Assembly: GCA_973851085.1 (NCBI GenBank)
Contig: OZ316776.1
Coordinates: 10,540,001 to 10,604,000, forward strand
DNA length: 64,000 nt
Direction: 5' to 3'
From: Ptychomitrium polyphyllum
Taxonomy: Eukaryota
This document shows positions 50,215-63,722 of this stretch, piece after piece. A program made the translations under genes and the position numbers. The notes under the pieces were generated by a model that ran no database searches, was not told the DNA's origin, and saw only the letters and a program-made list of their open reading frames with translations. Numbering within the stretch: the first letter of the stretch is position 1; each line of letters begins with the position of its first letter.

Positions 50215-51705
50215 ATGTCTTGTGTTCAGGCCCTCTCCAACTCCCGGAAGTTGATGTTGACAAAAGCAATATGCTTTGTAGTAGGCGGCACATTTCTCCT
50301 ATTCCTTCTGCAGCTTTACTCTGCGGACCAGCCCCTGCAGATATTCTCTTTGCAGATTTCTCCAATGCAAGAACAGATGGAACTTTACTCTGAGGAAGAA
50401 ACGTTTACTGAAGCTTCTCCCGATTTCCAAGGAGTACTGACTCGCAGGCTAGACTTCAAAGGTACAAATGCTACACTTTGGAACACAACATATCCAAGAC
50501 AGAGATGCGATCCCCGTATGTTTCCGGCTGGGCATTGGACTGGCCTCAAGTCGAAGAATCCAGTGGATTCCCCTCAGGAAACCACCAATCACACTGGACA
50601 GCAACTGTATGGAAGCATCGCAGCGCAACACGCGATCTGGAAGCACCAGCACCCAAAAAATTGCAGCGACAAGAAGTTCATTGTTTATGAAGCTCTGGGG
50701 CCGGAGCACGGTATTGGAACGATTTTGCACCACCTCGGCGTTGCCCTGCAAGCAGCGATTGACCTCGACCGCATTTTGGTTCTGTACCCCCAGCCGAATT
50801 ACGAGTGGGTTAACGGATGGTTCTGCACCGACACGAGCGCACTGGACGATTGCTACTTCGAGCCCCTTTCGAGTTGCACCATAGTCGACGCATTTGGAAA
50901 CAGGGAGCCAAACCTCGACAATCTGTGGCGTCATTCCGAGCTCAGTCTGGAAAGCTACCACTGTGACGACTCTGACCCGAAATTTTCCGAGAGGCTACTT
51001 GGATCCTCTTTGAAAGAAGCAATGAAAAGCTATGACACACCCAATATCATGGAGCATTTGAGATCCAAAACGCCCCATATGTTCCATACTTTGTTGAAAG
51101 CAGGGAACTTTTCGGAGAATTCCTATCAATGGTGGCGAGCACAAAGCGTTGCCTATATTGTTCGTCCCAATACTCGTATCTTGAACGAGTTGAAGAATCG
51201 TCGGAACTACTTTTTTACCATGGCGCCTCTGGAACGAGGAACCATCTCCGTCCATATCCCCTACAGCCACCACTTGAAGGACGAACGAACGGCCAGCAAC
51301 GAAGCGTACCTGCAATCCGCCGAAGTGCTGGTAAGTCGATATCCCAACGACTTGCAACGTAAAATCTTTTTGACCACAGAGGACCCAGATGCTATTAGTT
51401 TCTTCTCGAAGCTGACGAACTGGAATGTCACCTGGACGAATGTGACCCGTATTCCGACAAACGAGAATATTACTGATTCGAATGCGGCGCTGAATAACTT
51501 CGCATCTCGGTTCGGATGGGACGAAGAGTTTATTAACAGTTTGCTGAACTTGGACGTGGCGATGGAGTGTGATGGGTTCGTTGGACAGCTTAGTTCAAAC
51601 TGGAATCGTCTCATTGATGAGTTGAGGTCCACTGTTCGGTGCAAGTATGATCGTGTGTTTGTAGACGTTGTGCAAGGGTTTAATATATCAAATTATTTCT
51701 GGTGA
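50215..51705 (+). CDS. Type II membrane fucosyltransferase-like protein (GT23, FUT8/NodZ-like), single coding exon
   Basis: 496-aa ORF with N-terminal TM segment; HQHPKNCSDKKF, GIGTILHH, IFLTTEDP, CDGFVGQLSSNWNRLIDELR. Confidence 0.85.
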   Translation: MSCVQALSNSRKLMLTKAICFVVGGTFLLFLLQLYSADQPLQIFSLQISPMQEQMELYSEEETFTEASPDFQGVLTRRLDFKGTNATLWNTTYPRQRCDPRMFPAGHWTGLKSKNPVDSPQETTNHTGQQLYGSIAAQHAIWKHQHPKNCSDKKFIVYEALGPEHGIGTILHHLGVALQAAIDLDRILVLYPQPNYEWVNGWFCTDTSALDDCYFEPLSSCTIVDAFGNREPNLDNLWRHSELSLESYHCDDSDPKFSERLLGSSLKEAMKSYDTPNIMEHLRSKTPHMFHTLLKAGNFSENSYQWWRAQSVAYIVRPNTRILNELKNRRNYFFTMAPLERGTISVHIPYSHHLKDERTASNEAYLQSAEVLVSRYPNDLQRKIFLTTEDPDAISFFSKLTNWNVTWTNVTRIPTNENITDSNAALNNFASRFGWDEEFINSLLNLDVAMECDGFVGQLSSNWNRLIDELRSTVRCKYDRVFVDVVQGFNISNYFW

Positions 51706-54700
51706 TTGTGCTTAGAATTACCGAAGCTTTAGAGATGTCTTAGTTAAGCTTTTGAGGTATTCTAGCAATAGGTCTATTTAATGCACATTTTTTTCTTTTT
51801 TTGGTGGATCTTCTTGAGTGGATTTCAGTTGCATAGGTATATTTGAACCTGTGTGTCTTGCAACACAATCTAGGAACTTGTTTGTTTGTGCTATAATCTA
51901 GGAATTCACACTGCAAAGGACAATTCGTGACAGGCATGTTATATCACTAACTTAGGCTGCATAAAGAGCTAAGGAATATATATTGAATAATGTAGAGATT
52001 GAAGATGCAACACTCCTTCATGGTTGTTGCAATCGTGGTGCACCTGTGTTAACATCTTGTCACAAGGAAGAGATGGTGCTCGTACTGCGGCATAACAAGT
52101 GTGAGTCATTCAATTAGGGTAGAGAGTGATCAGCACACCGCCTTGTGTCTAGGTTAAGGTCGCAACATCGACTGGGTAATGGGCATGTGCATACTCCACC
52201 TAGATATCGATATGAACTGAATATGCAGAGTTGACAAGACTGCAAGGTCGGTACGTCTGGCCTGCTTCTACCCAGCAACAACTGGTGAAACATGGAAATG
52301 ATTCACAGAAGGCAACAAGCTAATGAAGAGCTTCTAGTTGTACTCTGATAATATTGGGCTATGCATTAATGCATAAGAGATTAAAATTGACGAAGTTTGA
52401 TATTTGGTAAATTGATGCGTAGACCTGGCTTCCTCTCAGACTTCAAAAAGAAAAGTCTACCAGATTTTATCAAGCCCTGGATATCGTTCACAAGTTTATG
52501 TTTGAAATTATGATATCCTTTGATCATCACAAAAATATTTCTGACTTCACCGCTGAGAAGTACTGTTATGCAAGTCATGTATAGACTTTGCAGACTTGTG
52601 TAAAGCTGCGTTTGCTATAAAACGTGTTGGAGAGAAAATTAATGGAAAAGTAAGCCTCAGGTCCAACTTCGGTAAATCTTGTGTGAGCAAGCTTGCTGCT
52701 TCACCATGCAAGTGCAACTGAATTGCACAACAAATGAATGCCAGCACCACAGGTCAATTCTGCTAGTGTGGTATCTAGGCAAGCAAAGCCTTGGAATTAG
52801 GGCATGATCACGCTCGATCAATTAACGAAGAGCACTTCTACGAGTTTGATGTTTACTAATTGCGATAGTTTGAAGGGAAGCCGTATATGATTTTTCACAC
52901 TTTCAACTGAAAGTCAAACCAGACAGCAAGATGAAAATAATGCATTCATGAGTGTCACTCAGAGACATGTAGGGCTGCAAATCATACATCTAGGAGGCGC
53001 GTAGTTTGTAGCGAAGCCTTTGTTTTAATATTTCGGGAAACCCCCCAAAAGCATTTTTGGTTGCGAAAAACAGCTTCCTCAAAAATTGTAAAGATTTAAA
53101 CTAATGGATGTATCAACCATAGATTGCAATCACGATACTCATTGCCACAAAAACATGCACCACTCGTCCAAATTATGTGTGTAATTGGAGTGAGGGATGA
53201 CATTGCTTTCAACTTGCTTGCACTAAATATGAGTTCGCATGAGCGTTCACTCTCTGGTGACCAATTCAAATCTTCATCCTGCTCACAGCGCATGCTACCA
53301 TCTGGTTTTCCCCGTCTTCCCAAGGTGACGAAAATTTAGAGTCAGTGTGTTAATTAGCTGCCGAGCAAGATATCAGGAACGAAGCCTCTGAACAACAGCA
53401 AGTTATGCAAAGATGTCTATGCGCTTGATTACATGTCAGAGATCAAAACGACCAGACAAATTCCAAACCGACCATTCCAATTTTCCGTGCAATCCACTAC
53501 GGTCACATTTTGCCATTTTGGTTCTGGTTGACAAATGAATCTGATCATTTGATAGCGAGAACAGCTTCCTTGGGTTGGCTCCTTCACCAAGATTATGTTT
53601 AACTCAACAGCACTTCATTCCATTACAAGCCATCATTAAATCAGCAAACGTTTGTTAAGCCCAACAAACAGGACCATGGAAGGGTGAATTCCACTGAGCA
53701 CTTTCATTCTGCTACAAATATCATGTGTTTCCGACAAAGAACCCAATCAAGCATTATAAGGTGAGTAATCAGGATTCAACCCTCTCTAAAAGCAATGAAT
53801 CTGCTGCAGTTCTCAATCACTGTTCCGGACATGGTGACACGAACGAATCATCTATACTCGAATCAACAGTCCATGATCTGGCTCCTACTGATACTTCATG
53901 AGTGCTACTAACTGCAATGCATGGCTTGCCCCTCAATTCACGCTAGGAAGGACATCAGGCTCATGCATCAAGCTCAGTAGTACCATGCATCTAGCTTCCG
54001 ACAAGTAGCAACTTCCGAGGAAATCTATCTATCATTTCTACTGTATGTGTGCAGTGATGATCAATCCTTCAGACTCCTCACCGTCCTCCATGATTCTGCA
54101 GGCGCCGACGTCACACCCAAGCACTAGCCACATCACCATGGAATCAACTGCCGGTAGCTCCACTACTCAGATGCCGATGGACATGCACTTAATGACTTTC
54201 TCCCTAAACATCGGATCAATCAATAGAAAACACCCTACTTCGTCGAGCAGATTATTCATCTGAGACTCTGAGTTTGATATTCTGATCCATGGCGGACCAT
54301 ACGGTGCTCTTCAGCGGATTTGTTGAGTTTGTAGATCGGATTAGTTTGGATACCGTTCCAACGAAGTGGGAAACTTATTCACCTTCTGGCACTTGTGCAT
54401 ATTATGCTACTCGAAGTGGACGCTATGCAGTATATAGTAGACCTGAACAGTGTCACGAACCTGCAGTTAGGGATCCTTTAAGCAGAATAATCTGCTGAAG
54501 ATTATGATGTGAGTCCCAGTTGATGCAGCTCTTTCGGGCCTTACCAGAAGATGTTGATCATGATTCTGAGATTTGTTGCCCAAAACTTCTGCCTCCTGAA
54601 ACGACAGTATGACCTGTCTAAAGTTGAAGCCCTGGAACCAGCCCCTCACCATAACTTTTAGAGAGGTTACAGCTTTAGACAAAGGGTGAACGTAGGAGCT

Positions 54701-56409
54701 GAAATATCTTATGATTTTATTGGGGATATAACTTTACATGATATGGATTTAGATAAGTTATATTGTATCTACAAACTAGCGCACAAACTAGCGAGGTACA
54801 TTTCTCCGTCAAATTAGCAAAGGGGCTAGATTTTGGGGCTAATAGGTCCTTGTTTGTTTTTGTATCCTTCATCTTCCTATGGAGGAACTTGTGTAGGTCA
54901 TATATGCAACCTACAAATATCAAAATATAACTATAGCAATTATTGCCTTGCTATGCAACGTGGTAGTATCATTTTGAGATTCTATACCAATCCTTACATT
55001 GATTCCAATGATGATTTCTTACATAAGTGTGAGAATGAAATACTAAAGTATCACCTCATTGTATTTTTTTAAATCTATGTGTCAAAATTTTTAATGTTGT
55101 TATTGGAATATTTATTATTATTCTTAGAATATTAGTGTAATTTTTAATGTTTTGAAATTATTTTAATACTATTATTGGAGTGTTCACATTCACACTACTT
55201 TAAAAACTTGGACATTGATATGAGCTACAATATATTTACATTAGCTACAATAATACAATTGGTGTGAGAGTTCTCAATTAATGTGATTCTTGTTAAGTCC
55301 AAATTCCAAATTTTTGTAAAACTTTTGGTGGTTTTGGAACTCATAATAATGTATTAAAAATATAAATTGATATTTAATTTTGGATTTGTGGAAAAGTCAC
55401 ATTTATATAAGATGTTTTTTTTCTTATTTTTTTTAGAATGAATTATCAATATGTTCATAGATCTTTTTATAAGGAACTTTTCTTTTCAAGTTGGCCTTAT
55501 TGACTATTTGTGAAAACGTAGTTTATAACATTTTCACATGCCATGTGACTTGGACACACATACTAAGTTATTTAAATTATGGAACCCTATGAGCTAATAA
55601 TATCTTAAATTTCTCAAACACCAAATCTGAAGACAAATATATTTCTAAATCATACCAAGCAAAAGAATCTAGACTTTCATAGCTTTCAATGCATGACAAG
55701 ATTAGCAAGTAAAATATAACAGATTATTCCATTCTTAGCTGAAGAATGTTTTTGTATGTGAAAGGACTGTGGAATTCTAAACAATAACACAAGAGTGCAA
55801 GAGAATAACACTGATTACTGTACTCTGATAACACTGGATATAAGTTAATCAAAACTAATATCATGCATCATGCACCATGCACGGGGTTGTTCACAATAGT
55901 TTGTAAACAAATTGTGGCCAGAGAAGTCAAAGAAGTGGGATCATGTGTGTCCAACACGATATCCCGCTTTTTGCGGGGTTTTCCATCAACCCAGTTCATG
56001 AGTGATTCAGAACTCAAAATTTTGTATAATCTAACATGAATCTCACATCACAGCATCACTTTCAGCAGTACAAAATGCAGAGGAGTCTGGCAGCGACTAG
56101 ATACAGAAGCACCCATTTTAATAATTTATCAGTGTACCAAATGATGAGCAGTGCATGTAAATTCAACTTACTACTGTGCAGACTTAGTACCGTGCCCAGC
56201 AGCTGAGTGACCTTTCTTGTGATCTTTCTGACATAAACTTCTGCAGTTCCACAAATTCAGATTGCAATAAGCTGACTTGCAATTACATTGACTGGGAATC
56301 CCTCAGAACACCGATTTCTACTTTGAGGCCTCTACAAGTTTTCCTATGGAAACCTCTGACTGTAGTGTGTTTTATTTTATTTTATTTGATAGCAGTATTG
56401 TAAAAAGAC

Positions 56410-56495
56410 ATTTTGTTCTTATTTTGTTCTTATTTTGTTCTTATTTTGTTCTTATTTTGTTCTTATTTTGTTCTTATTTTGTTCTTATTTTGTTC
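56410..56495. repeat. 11-bp tandem repeat (ATTTTGTTCTT) x ~8
   Basis: Directly visible, perfect copies. Confidence 0.95.
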
Positions 56496-59400
56496 ATACT
56501 AATTTGGGCACAAATATGAGGACGGATTACACTATTGTATATATTATATATATCATGGCTTAGTTTTTGTGACTTGATTTTTGTTCTCATTTATAACTAT
56601 TGTGAATCTTCAACATTTGTTATGATTTTCAATAATGGCAATTGATTAATGCAGTAACTACAAACAATACCCTTTGGGCCTTAAAATTTGAAGGCCCAAA
56701 ATTAACACTTTGTTTGCCTTTGCTCTACACTACCACAAGAACAGGAAAATGATTGCAAAATTTAGTGGATGATATTTCATGGTCGAATGGATTTTTTGTG
56801 GATACAACTTCTAGAGGTCATTTCAACACAATTCAAGTGGATTGAGAAGCTAATCATTGAATTGACATTTGAGCTACAAGTTCTGAGCAGGAATACTACT
56901 CATAGAGACTCCTTCAATGCAAACTGACTGCACAGCCTAAGTTTGTAATTGCTTTAAGCTTCAGAAGGTTATGTTTAACCTGAACCAACATGTGTGCCAC
57001 TTTGCATGTGGACTGTGTTGCATGAGCTCACTCAGTGTCAGGATTCTGGTTCTTGCACATGGATTGGTGGTTGCTGGGATGGCTCCAGAATTGCAAGCCA
57101 GGTTCAAGAAGTTTAGCTTGAAGTTTCTCCTCTGTTTTTGTTAGTTACCTCCTCTCAAAAAGGTTCTGCAAAACATACCTTGAAATTCATTTTTGCCATA
57201 AAAATAAGTAAAAGCAAGTTTTAGAATGTATCTTGATGAACCAATGAAGAAACTCTACAATGTTGGAATGTGGATGGGGAAGTCTTGAACTTTGGACCTT
57301 TTGAAACTAACTAAGTCCTAAAAATCAACCCTAAATTTACCCTGGGTGCACAAAGGTCCCCCATTTGCTACAAAGTTTTTACAATTTTTTTTTTCTGAAT
57401 TAACAATTAGTGATATGTAGAAGTCAGCACATGTATGACAAGAAACTATTTTCTGATAGTACTTTGTCTTGGGCACAGGTGTGGCATACCATATCTAGAG
57501 ACCATGTATATTTCATCTGCTCAGGCAGGACAATGGAGCTCCATTAGATGCTTTCCCTTTGTATGCTTTGACTTGTCTCTGACATACAGTAGTGTTTTGT
57601 GTTTGGTATTTGTTGTAGTAACTGTAATCTTTACAGGAAATCACAGCTTTGAAACTCAAACTGTTTATTTGATAGTTATTAGAGTTTCAACTATATCTAA
57701 GAAAATTTAGCTCCTGGGCTGCTTTAGGAAAAAGTGAAAGTTTCTTAAAAATTCCAATTTTTAGGAAATTATGTTTGAGAATATTTAAGAACTAACAAGG
57801 AAAAGACGTGTTCTATTAAAAAATTCTTGATTGCTATAACCTTAAGTAGTAAAGTCATTGATTATTTGGTGTAATTTTTTACAAAGATCAAGGAGTTTGA
57901 TCTTTTTCTTATCTATAGTTTACAACTATTTCCATACAATGCTTTGTAAAGCTATGTTATAAAGCCTTGAGTATACTTTAGGATCATTTTTTTTGACTCC
58001 AAATGTTTGATTGTTTAATTCCTTGGGAAAAGACTGCACAAAAGTTCCTGTGAAAAATATTTCTTGATTTGAGTAGGTGTCTTGGAATTGCTAAAATCTT
58101 AAGAAAATATCCATAAATATAAATGAAATATCAAATATTAAACAAGAATATAAATTATCAAAATACACTATCATGCCTATTGTTTCCAAGGCACTTTTAA
58201 GAAACAAGTTTTCTAAAAATGTGAAGATAGTTCATATATATATTTTTTATTATTAATTCCAATATACTTATCCAAAAAGTTAGTTCAAAGAATAAAGATT
58301 TTGCAAACTTATAATGAAAGTAGTTGTTGAGGATAAAAGTCTATAAAATTAATTCATATCCTAATGGATAATCATCTAAAATAAGGGAAATTATAGAAAA
58401 CGTGATATTTCTTGAACTCGTTGGAATACTATGATTTAGGTCATTTTAAAACATGTTACATTTTAATAACGACAACTTGAAATTAATTTCACTAACATTA
58501 ATCATGTAACATAGTAGAAACTAGGGTGTTCTGTAAGACTTATTAAGATGGTTTCCATATAGTATATTCATCTATTATTCTCTATGAGGGGCAGGGTGCA
58601 TGGACACCCATCCTCAATGGTCACTCATGGCTACTGAAGGATTTTTAAGAATTATCTCTACAAATGCTGCCAAAAACCGAATGTAAAGACCTAAAAGACC
58701 AATCACATGTCTGGGAGTTCAAAGACATTCCAGTCATTCCAGTCATTCCATATCACGAGAATCTGCTTTTGGATCTGCTGGTTGTGGAGGTGGCAAGCTT
58801 ATGCATAGTGCAAGTTGACAAGCTGATCAGAAAAGTTGAAAGCTGGAAAGGACCCATACAAAATGTGACTCCATGTCAGACTTATCCCCTGTTCTTGTCA
58901 AGTTTGATTCTAATGATTTTTTCCTAAAATTTCTACATTCTTTATGAAGTTCTCTCAATTTATGAATTCCAAGATTTTTGAAATAAAAATTTCTCCTTTT
59001 CTGGCACAAATGAACTAAAGTTTCATTGCAAAGGAGAAACAAGTACAAAGTAGGCTACAGCCAAGCAGGCTCAGGACTCTAGACTCAGTGAATCAAATAA
59101 AGTACAGCCTAGACTTCAAAGGGGAGGTAGGATAAATGTGGCCCAAATACGACCTTAGAGGAATTATTGTAAATGAAGCAGCTTTTCCATATTATGTAGA
59201 ATGAAGAGTGTAGCACATGAAAATTAGTGTCTACATGTAAAGGATTGGAAGGGCATTCATGTAAACAATGGACAGAACAAAATACGTCTATATTCCAAAA
59301 TACGAAAATTAATACATGTATATCCATCCGTTATTTCTTCCAAAGGATCTGGGCTCCAATGAGCTTTTGGGGCCAGTAAATTATAAAGGGACAGAAAAGT

Positions 59401-62400
59401 AGCCAGTACAATAAAAAGGCTATAAGTTAAGAATTCCTAGACTAGAGGCCACGAGCAGAAGCCATAAATACAGCTCAGCCCTAAACTGTAATACCAGTTT
59501 ATCAGCACTTGCACCAATTTAATCGAGCAATCGCCAGGTGTTCATCACTTTAGAGTTCATACATTAAAAAAATTTAACCATCCAGTCCAAGATTCATCTA
59601 GAACTGGCTAAGTATTCCTGAGTGCAGTTCTTGTAGATTCCTTATGCCTCAAATCTGGGCATGGTTTTGTGATGTGGCAATGAGCTAAGCATTCTGGTCA
59701 GTTACGGCTGTCTGCTGTGTCATGGGAGCTTGTGTCCTATAGTTGGATTATTCTGGCCTGGATGGGGCCCTTTAGTACAATTGTTTTGCGTGAATATTTT
59801 ATGAGCTAGGAAGAAATTTATTTTTGGGCAATAGAAGTTTGGTGTCTCTGATGGATGTAACACACAAGGCTCTTCCAAAGTCAAAGCACACTATGACATG
59901 ACTGGGTTCCAAATTCTATTTGGTTCCACTCTCTACCAGGAGGAAGGAAGGTTTTTATGATCAGTCTACTTTAATTATGCCACAGTCAATTCAGATTACA
60001 CCCAAATCACCTGTGTGCAAACTGGTGGGGAAAGCCATATTCCAAGTGCCTCAGACCATAAGTCCAAAACATGATGGTCAAAATACCCTGCTTTGTCGCT
60101 TGCTAGGAGCCAGTTTATTCTCTGCAGTCTGAGGTTCTATTTAAGTTATAGTACCCGTCATTCGATTTGGAATTATTTAAATGAGAACTTCCCATTTCAT
60201 TGTGCACATTTAATGTCATTTTTATAATAATATGGTTAGAAATATGAGGCCAAAGAGGTTGAAAGAGCGGATGAATGAGAATCATCAATCACAACCGTCA
60301 GCACGCATACTGGAAATAGCACCAAGTAGAAGTTCCTATGTATGGGCACTTGCCTATTTTATTCATATCGAGTCATCAATTTATAGCAGCCACGGAGGAT
60401 CTGCCTTCCAGATAGGTACCACTCTAATGTCTGAACCATGACTACATGTGTAGGACAAGTTGTACTCTAAAATACAACTCATTAGCAATATTTAGCATTC
60501 TTTGTAGTACAATAGTAGGTTGAGTGCATTCTGGAGGAATCTAGAGGACCCTAATGGCATGGCAAGTTGAAGCACAAACTGAGATCAAACACTAAACATC
60601 TTCCATCGATGTGGACACAAACATTTCAATTACCAAACCACAAAATCCAACCCTTTCCATTTGGTGATATAGAAAGTGCAGAGGCACTGTGGGCAGGCAC
60701 TATGATATTGTAACTTAGATACAGGAAACTCACTCACAAAATCGACCCTAAACCAACTTTGTCAAAGGAGAATAGGCTTTGCCCATGACGAACAGAAAAC
60801 ACAAACGCCACGCCCAAGGCATGAAAGTTACTAAAACAAGCTCTCATCAATCTTTCCCAAAGTAACTGTCACTGTCCTACAGTACTCCAGTCACAAAATA
60901 TTCCATACCAATTCCACCCGCCAAGGAAAAGCCACCCCAGAAAAAGCAGATAAACCCACGCTCCAAATTGGAGAACCTCATGGCAACCTCGCACAAACCT
61001 CCTGGGAACAAAGAGAACTGTCTAGGAACCAGATAGGAACTGGGAGAGAACCCGTAGGGAACACCATCGACCACCGGTAACAAACGGTGGCGGTCAAATA
61101 TGGGCTGGAGACACTGTTCCACCTACCTGGGAAAAGCAGCCTCAAAAATGCAGATAAAACCTTGTAGGCTCCCATCTTGGGACCGTTTCGGGAACTTCAC
61201 GAGAACACCTAGGAGCGGCTTGGGAACCTTGTGAGAACTTCGACGACCGGTGACAGGCGGTGGCGGTGGAAGGCAAGGCATATAGACACCTGCGCTTGGG
61301 AAGAGAAGGCTGTGATTGCAAGTGTCTTGTTGCAGCCAGACTGAGTTGCCAATTCCCTTCTCGATCGCCTTTGCGTCTGGTACGTCGCCATCTGCCGAGG
61401 ATATGCATGCTCAGTACATGGTTTTGTCAAAGGTAGTTGTTTTATGGTGCTTGGTGCTTCAGATTGGAACTTCTTCTGATTGCTTTTGTGGGGAGAACAC
61501 GGTCAATGGGGCGGGTGTAATGGTGAATTGAGAGTTTGTGGGTGGTGTGGTGATTGTGGTTCTGCGTACGGCAGTGAGTCAGGCGGAGTGCGTCGTTGGA
61601 GGTGGATCAACCGGTCGGGGTGCATCTGGATCGGAGGCGATTGGAGCGGCCACGTAGAGAGTTTTGGTGCTCTTTCGAGTTTTGTGGTGACTTGGGTGCT
61701 GCTCCCGCCCTCCCGCGCTGCCCGGGGTTACAGAGGTAAGTGTTGCAATCGCTAGGGCTGCGGTTTTGTTGAGTTTTATGAGTTGGTTTAGAGATGCAAG
61801 TTGGAGTAGCCGCGTGTTGGGGAAATTATGGGAGATGGATTTGGTTTTGTCCTTCGGGGAGAGTGGTGGAGAGGAGTTTCACGTTCTTGGACTGCAGGTT
61901 GCTAAGGCGTTTGTCATGGCCGAATGCGTGCAGGTGACCTTGGCCCCGCATCTCACCTGTGGAAGGAAGGCTCAGTTCTCACTGATTTCAGAGTCGTCCG
62001 AGAGGACGCTGAGTTTAGTGTTCTGAGTTTCTTAAGAAGAGGATGACACTGCTTGAGCAGATGCACATCGTTTCAGGCGTACCTGTGGAGCTCTTTGCTT
62101 GCAGAGAGGGACGGGCACCTGTGCGATTATTATCCCCTCTACTCTGATTTTGTGAAGATACCCTTCTGTCGTTTTGTAAAATACTGTAAAGGAATTGTTG
62201 ACTGCTCTACGGGGGTTTTAGACTTGGAACAGGTGAGGAAGTTTTTAATTTTGAGCCTGATTCTCTGCGACGCATCCCTGGGTGTTAGCACTGTGTATAT
62301 AGTTTCTTCCGACGGAGCAGAGGGGAAGGGAGGGCTACCACCGCAGCTTCGTACCTTCGCTGTAGCGGCATTGTGTTTGCAGTCTTGTGTTTGCATGCAT

Positions 62401-62738
62401 TGTAGCACGTACTTCTCCTGGCACGGATAGAGTGAGATGTTTTGATCTGGAAGGAGTTCACGTACCGGACACGTTATTACGGAGGTGGTATGTGAGCACG
62501 ACGAAGGACAGTTAATGCGAAGCATATCAAAATTGAATAGTATTTGTATCGGCTTTTCAAGGAAAGGCTTGTTTTTTACAGCGGTGTGATTTAGGCGTAT
62601 TCAGACCCTATTTAAGCGGAGTTCTGAAGTGAGTCTAGCAGTTCCCTGAGAAGTTGAGAATTAAGAGCTTTTGTTCAGCAAAGAGCAGTGGCACACAGAA
62701 CGGAAAACCTTAGTAGGAAGGAAGAATCTAAAATAGGG

Positions 62739-63722
62739 ATGACTCTTCAACAGCAGCAGCAGCATGCTCCCGAGATACGGCTTCCTGCAGATGTGGACTG
62801 GCACATGCTTGACAAATCCAAGTTCTTCGTCCTGGGAGCTGCACTTTTTTCTGGAGTCTCCGCAACGCTGTATCCGGTTGTGGTTCTCAAAACTCGGCAA
62901 CAGGTTATGTCGGTGAATCAGTCCTGCACATCTCTGGGCTTGAACATTTTAAGAACACAGGGGCTTCCGGGTCTCTACAAGGGTTTCACCACCTCGCTTA
63001 TGGGGACTATCCCTGCCCGTGCGTTGTACATGTCAACTCTGGAAATTACAAAAACAAATGTAACATCATTTGCTACGAAGGTTGGAGGAATGTCTGAGCA
63101 TACGGCGGCAGCAGCGGCCAACGCCGCAGCAGGATTGACGGCCTCAGTTGCTGCCCAGCTCGTATGGACCCCGGTTGATGTAATCAGTCAGAGGCTCATG
63201 GTGCAGGGAGGACAAGGAGGTCTTGCAACGAAATATACAGGTGGCATTGATGCTTTTCGAACGATCATGAACCTAGATGGCGTGCGGGGCTTGTATCGAG
63301 GGTTTGGCATGTCTGTGCTAACATACGCTCCATCTAATGCTCTTTGGTGGGCGTCTTATTGTGTTACTCAAAGATCTATTTGGATGTCTCTTGGATACCG
63401 AGGAAAAGATGGTGAGCTCTGCGTGCCCAATTCAGCGATGCTGGTCGGCGTTCAGGGCTTCAGTGCAGCCTGTGCAGGGGGTTTCGCAGCGGTGGTAACA
63501 ACCCCATTTGATACAGTGAAAACCCGAATCCAGGTATTAGAAAATGAGGCTGGTAGGCGTGCGACTGTTGGACAGACTTTGAGAACTCTTGTGAAAGAAG
63601 GTGGTTGGAAGGCACTCTACAGGGGCCTTGGCCCACGGTGGGCGAGCATGTCCATGTCTGCCACGACCATGATTACTACTTACGAATTTCTGAAGCGCTT
63701 ATCTGCCAAACCACAAGAGTGA
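62739..63722 (+). CDS. Mitochondrial carrier family protein, SLC25A44-like; single coding exon with a probable 5'UTR intron ~61736-62678
   Basis: Three carrier signatures YPVVVLKTR, TPVDVISQR and TPFDTVKTR; VDWHMLDKSKFF N-terminus; first in-frame ATG at 62739; donor GAG|GTAAGT and acceptor TTCAG upstream. Confidence 0.93.
   Translation: MTLQQQQQHAPEIRLPADVDWHMLDKSKFFVLGAALFSGVSATLYPVVVLKTRQQVMSVNQSCTSLGLNILRTQGLPGLYKGFTTSLMGTIPARALYMSTLEITKTNVTSFATKVGGMSEHTAAAAANAAAGLTASVAAQLVWTPVDVISQRLMVQGGQGGLATKYTGGIDAFRTIMNLDGVRGLYRGFGMSVLTYAPSNALWWASYCVTQRSIWMSLGYRGKDGELCVPNSAMLVGVQGFSAACAGGFAAVVTTPFDTVKTRIQVLENEAGRRATVGQTLRTLVKEGGWKALYRGLGPRWASMSMSATTMITTYEFLKRLSAKPQE

Noticed and set aside
50449..51644. 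Antisense and alternative-frame ORFs overlapping the fucosyltransferase
   Set aside because: Shadow ORFs of a real CDS.
52000..61500. Numerous short ORFs of 60-90 aa
   Set aside because: Mostly non-ATG starts, no motifs or consistent exon chain; treated as intergenic or promoter sequence. No tRNA, rRNA or snRNA recognised anywhere in the window.
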